Shown in pieces: positions 1-16,300 of a stretch of DNA of 64,000 bases (the stretch's first letter is position 1; every line of letters starts with the position of its first letter). The position numbers and the translations under genes were made by a program. Where the stretch lies: assembly GCA_964016885.1 (NCBI GenBank), contig OZ024740.1:20956001-21020000 (forward strand), in the 5' to 3' direction. The notes under the pieces were generated by a model. It did no database searches. It was given only the letters and a program-made list of their open reading frames with translations, and was not told where the DNA came from. The stretch comes from Eledone cirrhosa. Lineage: Eukaryota.

Positions 1-759
1 AGACAATGTACCATTCCTTCTTTCAAGGTGATATTATCAGACAGTATATCTTGGACTACATTAGACAATGTACCATTCCTACTTTCAATGTGATATTATC
101 AGACAGTATATCTTGGACTACATTAGACAATGTACCATTTATTCTTTCAATGTGATATTATCAGACAGTATATCTTGGGCTACATTAGACAATATACCAG
201 TCCTTGTTTCAACGTGATATTATCAGACAGTATATCCTGGACTACAATAGACAATGTACCATTTCTTCTTTCAATGTGATATCATCAGACAGTATATCAT
301 GGACTACATTAGACAATGTACCATTCCTTCTTTCAATGTGATATTATCATACAATATCTTGGACTACATTAAACAATGTAACATTCCTTCTTTCAATGTG
401 ATATTATCAGACAGTATAACTTGGACTACATTAGACAATATACCTTTCCTTCTTTCAATGTGATATTATCTGACAGTATATCTTGGACTACATTAGACAA
501 TGTACCATTCATTCTTTCAATGTCATATTATCAGACAGTATATCTTGGACTACATTAGACAATATACCATTCCTTCTTTCAATGTGATATTATCAGACAG
601 TATATCTTGGACTACATTAGACAATTTACCATTCCTTCTTTCAATGTGATATTATCAGACAGTATATCTTGGACTACATTAGACAATATACCATTCCTTC
701 TTTCAATGTGATATTATCAGACAGTATATCTTGGACTACATTAGACAATGTACCATTTC

Positions 760-3700
760 TTCTTTCAAGGTGATATTATCAGACAGTATATCTTGGACTA
801 CATTAGACGATGTACCATTCCTTCTTTCAAGGTGATATTATCAGACAGTATAACTTCGACTACATTAGACAATGTACCATTCCTTCTTTCAAGGTGATAT
901 TATCAGACAATATATCTTGGACTACATTAGACAATATACCATTCCTTCTTTCAAGGTGATATAATCAGACAGTATATCTTGGACTACATTAGACAATGTA
1001 CCATTCCTTCTTTCATGGTGATATTATCAGACAGTATATCTTGGACTACATTACACCATGTACCATTCCTTCTTTCAATGTGATATTAACAGACAGTATA
1101 TCTTGGACTACATTAGATGATGTACCATTCCTTCTTTCAATGTGATATTATCAGACAGTATAACTTGGACTACATTAGAGAATGTACCATTCCTTGTTTC
1201 TATGTGATATTATCAGACAGTATATCTTGGACTACATTAAACAATGTACCATTCCTTCTTTCAATGTTATATTATCAGACAGTATAACTTGGACTACATT
1301 AGACGATGTACCAGTCCTTCTTTCAATGTCATATTATCAGACAGTATAACTTGGACTACATTAGACAATGTACCATTCCTTCTTTCAAGGTGATATTATC
1401 AGACAGTATATCTTGGACTACATTAGACGATGTACCATTCCTTCTTTCAATGTCATATTATCAGACAGTATATCTTGGACTACATTAGACAATATACCAT
1501 TCCTTCTTTCAATGTGATATTATCAGACAGCATATCTTGGACTACATTAGACAATGTACCATTCCTTCTTTCAAGGTGATATTATCAGACAGTATATCTT
1601 GGACTACATTAGACGATGTACCATTCCTTCTTTCAATGTGATATCATCATACAGTATATCTTGCACTACATTAGACAATGTACCATTCCTTCTTTCAATG
1701 GGATATTATCAGACAGTATATCTTGGACTACACTAGACAATATACCATTCCTTGTTTAAATGTGATATTATCAGACAGTATATCTTGGACTACATTAGAC
1801 AATGCACCATTCCTTCTTTCAAGGTGATATTATCAGACAGTATATCTTGGATTACATTAGCCAATGTACCATTCCTTCTTTCAAGGTGATATTATCAGAC
1901 AGTATATCTTGGATTACATTAGACAATGTACCATTCCTTCTTTCAAGGTGATATTATCAGATAGTATATCTTGGACTACATTAGACAATGTACCATTCCT
2001 TCTTTCAAGGTAATATTTTCAGACAGTATATCTTGGACTATATTAGACAATGTACCATTCCTTCTTTCAATGTGATATAATCAGATAGTATACCTTGGAC
2101 TACATTAGACAATGTACCATTCCTTCTTTCAATTGATATTATCAGACAGTATATCTTGGACTACATTAGACAATGTACCATTCCTTCTTTCAATGGGATA
2201 TTATCAGACAGTATATCTTCGACTACATTAGACAATATACCATTCCTTCTTTCAATGTGATATTATCAGACAGTATATCTTGGACTACATCAGACAATGG
2301 ACCATTCCTTCTTTCAATGTGATATTATCAGACAGTATATCTTGGACTACATTAGACAATATACCATTCCTTGTTTCAATGTGATATTATCAGACAGTAT
2401 AACTTGGACTACATTAGACAATGTACCATTACTTCTTTCAATGTGATATTATTAGACAGTATATCTTGGACTACATTAGACAATATACCATTCCTTCTTT
2501 CAAGGTGATATAATCAGACAGTATATCTTGGACTACATTAGACAATGTACCATTCCTTCTTTCATGGTGATATTATCAGAGAGTATATCTTGGACTACAT
2601 TACACCATGTACCATTCCTTCTTTCAATGTGATATTAACAGACAGTATATCTTGGACTACATTAGATGATGTACCATTCCTTCTTTCAATGTGATATTAT
2701 CAGACAGTATAACTTGGACTACATTAGAGAATGTACCATTCCTTCTTTCAAGGTGATATTATCAGACAGTATATCTTGGACTATATTAGACAATGTACCA
2801 TTCCTTGTTTCTATGTGATATTATCAGACAGTATATCCTGGACTACATTAAACAATGTACCATTCCTTCTTTCAATGTTATATTATCAGACAGTATAACT
2901 TGGACTACATTAGACGATGTACCATTCCTTCTTTCAATGTCATATTATCAGACAGTGTAACTTGGACTACATTAGACAATGTACCATTCCTTCTTTCAAG
3001 GTGATATTATCAGACAGTATATCTTGGACAACATTAGACGATGTACCATTCCTTCTTTCAATGTGATATTATCAGACAGTATATCTTGGACTACATTAGA
3101 CAATATACCATTCCTTCTTTCAATGTGATATTATCAGACAGTATATCTTGGACTACAATAGACAATGTACCATTCCTTCTTTCAAGGTGATATTATCAGA
3201 CAGTATATCTTGGACTACATTAGACGATGTACCATTCATTCTTTCAATGTCATATTATCAGACAGTATATCTTGCACTACATTAGACAATGTACCATTCC
3301 TTCTTTCAATGGGATATTATCAGACAGTATATCTTGGACTACACTAGACAATATACCATTCCTTGTTTAAATGTGATATTATCAGACAGTATATCTTGGA
3401 CTACATTAGACAATGCACCATTCCTTCTTTCAAGGTGATATTATCAGACAGTATATCTTGGATTACATTAGCCAATGTACCATTCCTTCTTTCAAGGTGA
3501 TATTATCAGACAGTATAACTTCGACTACATTAGACAATGTACCATTCCTTCTTTCAAGGTGATATTAACAGACAGTATATCTTGGACTACATTAGACAAT
3601 ATACCATTCCTTCTTTCAAGGTGATATAATCAGACAGTATATCTTGGACTACATTAGACAATGTACCATTCCTTCTTTCATGGTGATATTATCAGACAGT

Positions 3701-6700
3701 ATATCTTGGACTACATTACACCATGTACCATTCCTTCGTTCAATGTGATATTAACAGACAGTATATCTTGGACTACATTAGATGATGTACCATTCCTTCT
3801 TTCAATGTGATATTATCAGACAGTATAACTTGGACTACATTAGAGAATGTACCATTCCTTGTTTCTATGTGATATTATCAGACAGTATATCTTGGACTAC
3901 ATTAGACAATGCACCATTCCTTCTTTCAAGGTGATATTATCAGACAGTATATCTAGCACTACATTAGACGATATAACATTCCTTCTTTCAATGTCATATT
4001 ATCAGACAGTATATCTTGGACTACATTAGACAATGTACCATTCCTTCTTTCAATGTGATATTATCAGACAGTATATCTTGGACTGCATTAGACAATGTAC
4101 CATTCCTTCTTTCAATTTGATATTATCAGACAGTATAGCTTGGACTACATTAGACAATGTACCATTCCTTCTTTCAATGTGATATTATCAGACAGTATAT
4201 CTTGGACTACAGTAGACAATATACCATTCCTTGTTTCAATGTCATATTATCAGACAGTATATCTTGGACTACATTAGACAATGTACCATTTCTTCTTTCA
4301 ATGTGATATTATCAGACAGTATATCTTGGACTACATTAGAAAATATACCATTCCTTCTTTCAAGATGATATCATCAGACAGTATATCTTGAACTACATTA
4401 GACAATGTACCATTCCTTCATTTAATGGGATATTATCAGACAGTATATCTTGGACTACATTAGACAATATACCATTCCTTGTTTCAATGTGATATTATCA
4501 GACAGTATATCTTGGACTACATTAGACAATGTACCATTCCTTCTTTCAAGGTGATATTATCAGACAGTATATCTTGGACTACATTAGACAATATACCATT
4601 CCTTGTTTCAATGTGATATTAACAGACAGTATATCTTGGACTACATTAGACAATGTACCATTCCTTCTTTCAAGGAGATATTATCAGACAGTATATCTTC
4701 GACTACATTAGACAATGTACCATTCCTTCTTTCAATTTGATATTATCAGACAGTATATCTTGGACTACATTAGACAATGTACCATTCCTTCTTTCAAGGT
4801 GATATTATCAGACAGTATATCTTGGACTACATTAGACAATGTACCATTCCTACTTTCAATGTGATATTATCAGACAGTATATCTTGGACTACATTAGACA
4901 ATGTACCATTTATTCTTTCAATGTGATATTATCAGACAGTATATCTTGGGCTACATTAGACAATATACCAGTCCTTGTTTCAACGTGATATTATCAGACA
5001 GTATATCCTGGACTACAATAGACAATGTACCATTTCTTCTTTCAATGTGATATTATCAGACAGTATATCTTGGACTACATTAGACAATGTACCATTCATT
5101 CTTTCAATGTCATATTATCAGACAGTATATCTTGGACTACATTAGACAATATACCATTCCTTCTTTCAATGTGATATTATCAGACAGTATATCTTGGACT
5201 ACATTAGACAATATACCATTCCTTCTTTCAATGTGATATTATCAGACAGTATATCTTGGACTACATTAGACAATGTACCATTTCTTCTTTCAAGGTGATA
5301 TTATCAGACAGTATATCTTGGACTACATTAGACGATGTACCATTCCTTCTTTCAAGGTGATATTATCAGACAGTATAACTTCGACTACATTAGACAATGT
5401 ACCATTCCTTCTTTCAAGGTGATATTATCAGACAATATATCTTGGACTACATTAGACAATATACCATTCCTTCTTTCAAGGTGATATAATCAGACAGTAT
5501 ATCTTGGACTACATTAGACAATGTACCATTCCTTCTTTCATGGTGATATTATCAGACAGTATATCTTGGACTACATTACACCATGTACCATTCCTTCTTT
5601 CAATGTGATATTAACAGACAGTATATCTTGGACTACATTAGATGATGTACCATTCCTTCTTTCAATGTGATATTATCAGACAGTATAACTTGGACTACAT
5701 TAGAGAATGTACCATTCCTTGTTTCTATGTGATATTATCAGACAGTATATCTTGGACTACATTAAACAATGTACCATTCCTTCTTTCAATGTTATATTAT
5801 CAGACAGTATAACTTGGACTACATTAGACGATGTACCAGTCCTTCTTTCAATGTCATATTATCAGACAGTATAACTTGGACTACATTAGACAATGTACCA
5901 TTCCTTCATTCAAGGTGATATTATCAGACAGTATATCTTGGACTACATTAGACGATGTACCATTCCTTCTTTCAATGTCATATTATCAGACAGTATATCT
6001 TGGACTACATTAGACAATATACCATTCCTTCTTTCAATGTGATATTATCAGACAGCATATCTTGGACTACATTAGACAATGTACCATTCCTTCTTTCAAG
6101 GTGATATTATCAGACAATATATCTTGGACTACATTAGACGATGTACCATTCCTTCTTTCAATGTGATATCATCAGACAGTATATCTTGCACTACATTAGA
6201 CAATGTACCATTCCTTCATTCAATGGGATATTATCAGACAGTATATCTTGGACTACACTAGACAATATACCATTCCTTGTTTAAATGTGATATTATCAGA
6301 CAGTATATCTTGGACTACATTAGACAATGCACCATTCCTTCTTTCAAGGTGATATTATCAGACAGTATATCTAGCACTACATTAGACAATGTACCATTCC
6401 TTCTTTCAAGGTGATATTATCAGACAGTATATCTTGGACTACATTAGACAATATACCATTCCTTCTTTCAACGTGATATTATCAGACAGTATATCTTGGA
6501 CTACATTAGACAATGTACCATTCCTTCTTTCAATGTGATATTATCAGACAGTATATCTTGGACTACATTAGACAATATACCATTCCTTCTTTCAATGTGA
6601 TATTATCAGACAGTATATCTTGGACTACATTAGTCAATGTACCATTTCTTCTTTCAAGGTGATATTATCAGACAGTATATCTTGGACTACATTAGACGAT

Positions 6701-9576
6701 GTACCATTCCTTCTTTCAAGGTGATATTATCAGACAGTATAACTTCGACTACATTAGACAATGTACCATTCCTTCTTTCAAGGTGATATTATCAGACAGT
6801 ATATCTTGGACTACATTAGACGATATAACATTCCTTCTTTCAATGTCATATTATCAGACAGTATATCTTGGACTACAGTAGACAATATACCATTTCTTGT
6901 TTCAATGTCATATTATCAGACAGTATATCTTGGACTACATTAGACAATGTACCATTTCTTCTTTCAATGTGATATTATCAGACAGTATATCCTGGACTAC
7001 ATTAGAAAAAATACCATTCCTTCTTTCAAGATGATATCATCAGACAGTATATCTTGAACTACATTAGACAATGTACCATTCCTTCATTTAATGGGATATT
7101 ATCAGACAGTATATCTTGGACTACATTAGACAATATACCATTCCTTGTTTCAATGTGATATTATCAGACAGTATATCTTGGACTACATTAGACAATGTAC
7201 CATTCCTTCTTTCAATGTGATATTATCAGACAGTATAACTTGGACTACATTAGAGAATGTACCATTCCTTGTTTCTATGTGATATTATCAGACAGTATAT
7301 CTTGGACTACATTAAACAATGTACCATTCCTTCTTTCAATGTTATATTATCAGACAGTATAACTTGGACTACATTAGACGATGTACCAGTCCTTCTTTCA
7401 ATGTCATATTATCAGACAGTATAACTTGGACTACATTAGACAATGTACCATTCCTTCATTCAAGGTGATATTATCAGACAGTATATCTTGGACTACATTA
7501 GACGATGTACCATTCCTTCTTTCAATGTCATATTATCAGACAGTATATCTTGGACTACATTAGACAATATACCATTCCTTCTTTCAATGTGATATTATCA
7601 GACAGCATATCTTGGACTACATTAGACAATGTACCATTCCTTCTTTCAAGGTGATATTATCAGACAGTATATCTTGGACTACATTAGACGATGTACCATT
7701 CCTTCTTTCAATGTGATATCATCAGACAGTATATCTTGCACTACATTAGACAATGTACCATTCCTTCTTTCAATGGGATATTATCAGACAGTATATCTTG
7801 GACTACACTAGACAATATACCATTCCTTGTTTAAATGTGATATTATCAGACAGTATATCTTGGACTACATTAGACAATGCACCATTCCTTCTTTCAAGGT
7901 GATATTATCAGACAGTATATCTAGCACTACATTAGACAATGTACCATTCCTTCTTTCAAGGTGATATTATCAGACAGTATATCTTGGACTACATTAGACG
8001 ATGTAGCATTCCTTCTTTCAATGTGATATTATCAGACAGTATATCTTGGACTACATTAGACAATATACCATTCCTTCTTTCAACGTGATATTATCAGACA
8101 GTATATCTTGGACTACATTAGACAATGTACCATTCCTTCTTTCAATGTGATATTATCAGACAGTATATCTTGGACTACATTAGACAATATACCATTCCTT
8201 CTTTCAATGTGATATTATCAGACAGTATATCTTGGACTACATTAGTCAATGTACCATTTCTTCTTTCAAGGTGATATTATCAGACAGTATATCTTGGACT
8301 ACATTAGACGATGTACCATTCCTTCTTTCAAGGTGATATTATCAGACAGTATAACTTCGACTACATTAGACAATGTACCATTCCTTCTTTCAATGTGATA
8401 TTATCAGACAGTATATCTTGGACTACAGTAGACAATATACCATTTCTTGTTTCAATGTCATATTATCAGACAGTATATCTTGGACTACATTAGACGATAT
8501 AACATTCCTTCTTTCAATGTCATATTATCAGACAGTATATCTTGGACTACATTAGACAATGTACCATTCCTTCTTTCAATGTGATATTATCAGACAGTAT
8601 ATCTTGGACTGCATTAGACAATGTACCATTCCTTCTTTCAATTTGATATTATCAGACAGTATAGCTTGGACTACATTAGACAATGTACCATTCCTTCTTT
8701 CAATGTGATATTATCAGACAGTATATCTTGGACTACAGTAGACAATATACCATTTCTTGTTTCAATGTCATATTATCAGACAGTATATCTTGGACTACAT
8801 TAGACAATGTACCATTTCTTCTTTCAATGTGATATTATCAGACAGTATATCTTGGACTACATTAGAAAATATACCATTCCTTCTTTCAAGATGATATCAT
8901 CAGACAGTATATCTTGAACTACATTAGACAATGTACCATTCCTTCATTTAATGGGATATTATCAGACAGTATATCTTGGACTACATTAGACAATATACCA
9001 TTCCTTGTTTCAATGTGATATTATCAGACAGTATATCTTGGACTACATTAGACAATGTACCATTCCTTCTTTCAAGGTGATATTATCAGACAGTATATCT
9101 TGGACTACATTAGACAATATACCATTCCTTGTTCCAATGTGATATTAACAGACAGTATATCTTGGACTACATTAGACAATGTACCATTCCTTCTTTCAAG
9201 GAGATATTATCAGACAGTATATCTTCGACTACATTAGACAATGTACCATTCCTTCTTTCAATTTGATATTATCAGACAGTATATCTTGGACTACATTAGA
9301 CAATGTACCATTCCTTCTTTCAAGGTGATATTATCAGACAGTATATCTTGGACTACATTAGACAATGTACCATTCCTACTTTCAATGTGATATTATCAGA
9401 CAGTATATCTTGGACTACATTAGACAATGTACCATTTATTCTTTCAATGTGATATTATCAGACAGTATATCTTGGGCTACATTAGACAATATACCAGTCC
9501 TTGTTTCAACGTGATATTATCAGACAGTATATCCTGGACTACAATAGACAATGTACCATTTCTTCTTTCAATGTGA
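760..9576. repeat. 73-monomer offset duplications (4525/4526 bp): ~760-1840 vs ~5285-6365, and ~3965-5050 vs ~8491-9576
   Basis: ORF offsets 1306->5831 and 1554->6079 (4525), 4095->8621 and 4529->9055 (4526 = 73x62). The rare variants occur in the same order (ttacaccatg, tagatgatg, tagagaatg; gactgcatt, tatagctt, cttgaact). Confidence 0.85.
5650..8400. repeat. 25-monomer (1550 bp) local tandem duplication; the second copy has one extra monomer
   Basis: ORF offsets 5831->7381 and 6079->7629 (1550), then 6699->8311 (1612). A private variant ttccttcattcaaggtg is shared at ~5901 and ~7451. Confidence 0.85.
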
Positions 9577-12500
9577 TATCATCAGACAGTATATCATGGA
9601 CTACATTAGACAATGTACCATTCCTTCTTTCAATGTGATATTATCATACAATATCTTGGACTACATTAAACAATGTAACATTCCTTCTTTCAATGTGATA
9701 TTATCAGACAGTATAACTTGGACTACATTAGACAATATACCTTTCCTTCTTTCAATGTGATATTATCTGACAGTATATCTTGGACTACATTAGACAATGT
9801 ACCATTCATTCTTTCAATGTCATATTATCAGACAGTATATCTTGGACTACATTAGACAATATACCATTCCTTCTTTCAATGTGATATTATCAGACAGTAT
9901 ATCTTGGACTACATTAGACAATTTACCATTCCTTCTTTCAATGTGATATTATCAGACAGTATATCTTGGACTACATTAGACAATATACCATTCCTTCTTT
10001 CAATGTGATATTATCAGACAGTATATCTTGGACTACATTAGACAATGTACCATTTCTTCTTTCAAGGTGATATTATCAGACAGTATATCTTGGACTACAT
10101 TAGACGATGTACCATTCCTTCTTTCAAGGTGATATTATCAGACAGTATAACTTCGACTACATTAGACAATGTACCATTCCTTCTTTCAAGGTGATATTAT
10201 CAGACAATATATCTTGGACTACATTAGACAATATACCATTCCTTCTTTCAAGGTGATATAATCAGACAGTATATCTTGGACTACATTAGACAATGTACCA
10301 TTCCTTCTTTCATGGTGATATTATCAGACAGTATATCTTGGACTACATTACACCATGTACCATTCCTTCTTTCAATGTGATATTAACAGACAGTATATCT
10401 TGGACTACATTAGATGATGTACCATTCCTTCTTTCAATGTGATATTATCAGACAGTATAACTTGGACTACATTAGAGAATGTACCATTCCTTGTTTCTAT
10501 GTGATATTATCAGACAGTATATCTTGGACTACATTAAACAATGTACCATTCCTTCTTTCAATGTTATATTATCAGACAGTATAACTTGGACTACATTAGA
10601 CGATGTACCAGTCCTTCTTTCAATGTCATATTATCAGACAGTATAACTTGGACTACATTAGACAATGTACCATTCCTTCTTTCAAGGTGATATTATCAGA
10701 CAGTATATCTTGGACTACATTAGACGATGTACCATTCCTTCTTTCAATGTCATATTATCAGACAGTATATCTTGGACTACATTAGACAATATACCATTCC
10801 TTCTTTCAATGTGATATTATCAGACAGCATATCTTGGACTACATTAGACAATGTACCATTCCTTCTTTCAAGGTGATATTATCAGACAGTATATCTTGGA
10901 CTACATTAGACGATGTACCATTCCTTCTTTCAATGTGATATCATCATACAGTATATCTTGCACTACATTAGACAATGTACCATTCCTTCTTTCAATGGGA
11001 TATTATCAGACAGTATATCTTGGACTACACTAGACAATATACCATTCCTTGTTTAAATGTGATATTATCAGACAGTATATCTTGGACTACATTAGACAAT
11101 GCACCATTCCTTCTTTCAAGGTGATATTATCAGACAGTATATCTTGGATTACATTAGCCAATGTACCATTCCTTCTTTCAAGGTGATATTATCAGACAGT
11201 ATATCTTGGATTACATTAGACAATGTACCATTCCTTCTTTCAAGGTGATATTATCAGATAGTATATCTTGGACTACATTAGACAATGTACCATTCCTTCT
11301 TTCAAGGTAATATTTTCAGACAGTATATCTTGGACTATATTAGACAATGTACCATTCCTTCTTTCAATGTGATATAATCAGATAGTATACCTTGGACTAC
11401 ATTAGACAATGTACCATTCCTTCTTTCAATTGATATTATCAGACAGTATATCTTGGACTACATTAGACAATGTACCATTCCTTCTTTCAATGGGATATTA
11501 TCAGACAGTATATCTTCGACTACATTAGACAATATACCATTCCTTCTTTCAATGTGATATTATCAGACAGTATATCTTGGACTACATCAGACAATGGACC
11601 ATTCCTTCTTTCAATGTGATATTATCAGACAGTATATCTTGGACTACATTAGACAATATACCATTCCTTGTTTCAATGTGATATTATCAGACAGTATAAC
11701 TTGGACTACATTAGACAATGTACCATTACTTCTTTCAATGTGATATTATTAGACAGTATATCTTGGACTACATTAGACAATATACCATTCCTTCTTTCAA
11801 GGTGATATAATCAGACAGTATATCTTGGACTACATTAGACAATGTACCATTCCTTCTTTCATGGTGATATTATCAGAGAGTATATCTTGGACTACATTAC
11901 ACCATGTACCATTCCTTCTTTCAATGCGATATTAACAGACAGTATATCTTGGACTACATTAGATGATGTACCATTCCTTCTTTCAATGTGATATTATCAG
12001 ACAGTATAACTTGGACTACATTAGAGAATGTACCATTCCTTCTTTCAAGGTGATATTATCAGACAGTATATCTTGGACTACATTAGACAATGTACCATTC
12101 CTTGTTTCTATGTGATATTATCAGACAGTATATCTTGGACTACATTAAACAATGTACCATTCCTTCTTTCAATGTTATATTATCAGACAGTATAACTTGG
12201 ACTACATTAGACGATGTACCATTCCTTCTTTCAATGTCATATTATCAGACAGTGTAACTTGGACTACATTAGACAATGTACCATTCCTTCTTTCAAGGTG
12301 ATATTATCAGACAGTATATCTTGGACAACATTAGACGATGTACCATTCCTTCTTTCAATGTGATATTATCAAACAGTATATCTTGGACTACATTAGACAA
12401 TATACCATTCCTTCTTTCAATGTGATATTATCAGACAGTATATCTTGGACTACAATAGACAATGTACCATTCCTTCTTTCAAGGTGATATTATCAGACAG

Positions 12501-13329
12501 TATATCTTGGACTACATTAGACGATGTACCATTCATTCTTTCAATGTCATATTATCAGACAGTATATCTTGCACTACATTAGACAATGTACCATTCCTTC
12601 TTTCAATGGGATATTATCAGACAGTATATCTTGGACTACACTAGACAATATACCATTCCTTGTTTAAATGTGATATTATCAGACAGTATATCTTGGACTA
12701 CATTAGACAATGCACCATTCCTTCTTTCAAGGTGATATTATCAGACAGTATATCTTGGATTACATTAGCCAATGTACCATTCCTTCTTTCAAGGTGATAT
12801 TATCAGACAGTATAACTTCGACTACATTAGACAATGTACCATTCCTTCTTTCAAGGTGATATTAACAGACAGTATATCTTGGACTACATTAGACAATATA
12901 CCATTCCTTCTTTCAAGGTGATATAATCAGACAGTATATCTTGGACTACATTAGACAATGTACCATTCCTTCTTTCATGGTGATATTATCAGACAGTATA
13001 TCTTGGACTACATTACACCATGTACCATTCCTTCGTTCAATGTGATATTAACAGACAGTATATCTTGGACTACATTAGATGATGTACCATTCCTTGTTTC
13101 TATGTGATATTATCAGACAGTATATCTTGGACTACATTAAACAATGTACCATTCCTTCTTTCAATGTTATATTATCAGACAGTATAACTTGGACTACATT
13201 AGACGATGTACCAGTCCTTCTTTCAATGTCATATTATCAGACAGTATAACTTGGACTACATTAGACAATGTACCATTCCTTCTTTCAAGGTGATATTATC
13301 AGACAGTATATCTTGGACTACATTAGACG

Positions 13330-16300
13330 ATGTACCATTCCTTCTTTCAATGTCATATTATCAGACAGTATATCTTGGACTACATTAGACAATATACCAT
13401 TCCTTCTTTCAATGTGATATTATCAGACAGTATATCTTGGACTACATTAGACAATGTACCATTCCTTCTTTCAAGGTGATATTATCAGACAGTATATCTT
13501 GGACTACATTAGACGATGTACCATTCCTTCTTTCAATGTGATATTATCAGACAGTATATCTTGCACTACATTAGACAATGTACCATTCTTTCTTTCAATG
13601 GGATATTATCAGACAGTATATCTTGGACTACACTAGACAATATACCATTCCTTGTTTAAATGTGATATTATCAGACAGTATATCTTGGACTACATTAGAC
13701 AATGCACCATTCCTTCTTTCAAGGTGATATTATCAGACAGTATATCTTGGATTACATTAGCCAATGTACCATTCCTTCTTTCAAGGTGATATTATCAGAC
13801 AGTATATCTTGGATTACATTAGACAATGTACCATTCCTTCTTTCAAGGTGATATTATCAGATAGTATATCTTGGACTACATTAGACAATGTACCATTCCT
13901 TCTTTCAAGGTAATATTTTCAGACAGTATATCTTGGACTATATTAGACAATGTACCATTCCTTCTTTCAATGTGATATAATCAGATAGTATACCTTGGAC
14001 TACATTAGACAATGTACCATTCCTTCTTTCAATTGATATTATCAGACAGTATACTTGGACTACATTAGACAATGTACCATTCCTTCTTTCAATGGGATAT
14101 TATCAGACAGTATATCTTCGACTACATTAGACAATATACCATTCCTTCTTTCAATGTGATATTATCAGACAGTATATCTTGGACTACATCAGACAATGGA
14201 CCATTCCTTCTTTCAATGTGATATTATCAGACAGTATATCTTGGACTACATTAGACAATATACCATTCCTTGTTTCAATGTGATATTATCAGACAGTATA
14301 ACTTGGACTACATTAGACAATGTACCATTCCTTCTTTCAATGTGATATTATTAGACAGTATATCTTGGACTACATTAGACAATATACCATTCCTTCTTTC
14401 AAGGTGATATAATCAGACAGTATATCTTGGACTACATTAGACAATGTACCATTCCTTCTTTCATGGTGATATTATCAGAGAGTATATCTTGGACTACATT
14501 ACACCATGTACCATTCCTTCTTTCAATGTGATATTAACAGACAGTATATCTTGGACTACATTAGATGATGTACCATTCCTTCTTTCAATGTGATATTATC
14601 AGAGAGTATAACTTGGACTACATTAGAGAATGTACCATTCCTTCTTTCAAGGTGATATTATCAGACAGTATATCTTGGACTACATTAGACAATGTACCAT
14701 TCCTTGTTTCTATGTGATATTATCAGACAGTATATCTTGGACTACATTAAACAATGTACCATTCCTTCTTTCAATGTTATATTATCAGACAGTATAACTT
14801 GGACTACATTAGACGATGTACCATTCCTTCTTTCAATGTCATATTATCAGACAGTATAACTTGGACTACATTAGACAATGTACCATTCCTTCTTTCAAGG
14901 TGATATTATCAGACAGTATATCTTGGACAACATTAGACGATGTACCATTCCTTCTTTCAATGTCATATTATCAGACAGTATATCTTGGACTACATTAGAC
15001 AATATACCATTCCTTCTTTCAATGTGATATTATCAGACAGTATATCTTGGACTACAATAGACAATGTACCATTCCTTCTTTCAAGGTGATATTATCAGAC
15101 AGTATATCTTGGACTACATTAGACGATTAACCATTCCTTCTTTCAATGTCATATTATCAGACAGTATATCTTGCACTACATTAGACAATGTACCATTCCT
15201 TCTTTCAAGGTGATATTATCAGACAGTATATCTTGGACTACATTAGACGATGTAGCATTCCTTCTTTCAATGTGATATTATCAGACAGTATATCTTGGAC
15301 TACATTAGACAATATACCATTCCTTCTTTCAATGTGATATTATCAGACAGTATATCTTGGACTACATTAAACAATGTACCATTCCTTCTTTCAATGTTAT
15401 ATTATCAGACAGTATAACTTGGACTACATTAGACGATGTACCATTCCTTCTTTCAATGTCATATTATCAGACAGTATATCTTGCACTACATTAGACAATG
15501 TACCATTCCTTCTTTCAAGGTGATAATATCAGACAGTATATCTTGGACTACATTAGACGATGTAGCATTCCTTCTTTCAATGTGATATTATCAGACAGTA
15601 TATCTTGGACTACATTAGACAATATACCATTCCTTCTTTCAATGTGATATTATCAGACAGTATATCTTGGACTACATTAGACAATGTACCATTCCTTCTT
15701 TCAATGTGATATTATCAGACAGTATATCTTGGACTACATTAGACAATATACCATTCCTTCTTTCAATGTGATATTATCAGACAGTATATCTTGGACTACA
15801 TTAGTCAATGTACCATTTCTTCTTTCAAGGTGATATTATCAGACAGTATATCTTGGACTACATTAGACGATGTACCATTCCTTCTTTCAAGGTGATATTA
15901 TCAGACAGTATAACTTCGACTACATTAGACAATGTACCATTCCTTCTTTCAAGGTGATATTATCAGACAGTATATCTTGGACTACAGTAGACAATATACC
16001 ATTCCTTGTTTCAATGTCATATTATCAGACAGTATATCTTGGACTACATTAGACAATGTACCATTTCTTCTTTCAATGTGATATTATCAGACAGTATATC
16101 TTGGACTACATTAGAAAATATACCATTCCTTCTTTCAAGATGATATCATCAGACAGTATATCTTGGACTACATTAGACAATGTACCATTCCTTCATTTAA
16201 TGGGATATTATCAGACAGTATATCTTGGACTACATTAGACAATGTACCATTGCTTCTTTCAAGGTGATATTATCAGACAGTATATCCTGGACTACATTAG

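Larger units (their letters stand above)
1..13095. repeat. 9297-bp (150-monomer) offset duplication: 1-3798 is nearly identical to 9298-13095
   Basis: Identical ORFs at 254/9551, 1306/10603, 1554/10851 and 3165/12462, all offset 9297 = 150x62-3. The two blocks share a 2-bp deletion (tcatacaatatc, ~347 and ~9644) and a 1-bp deletion (caattgat, 2130 and 11427). Only a few SNPs differ. Confidence 0.92.
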
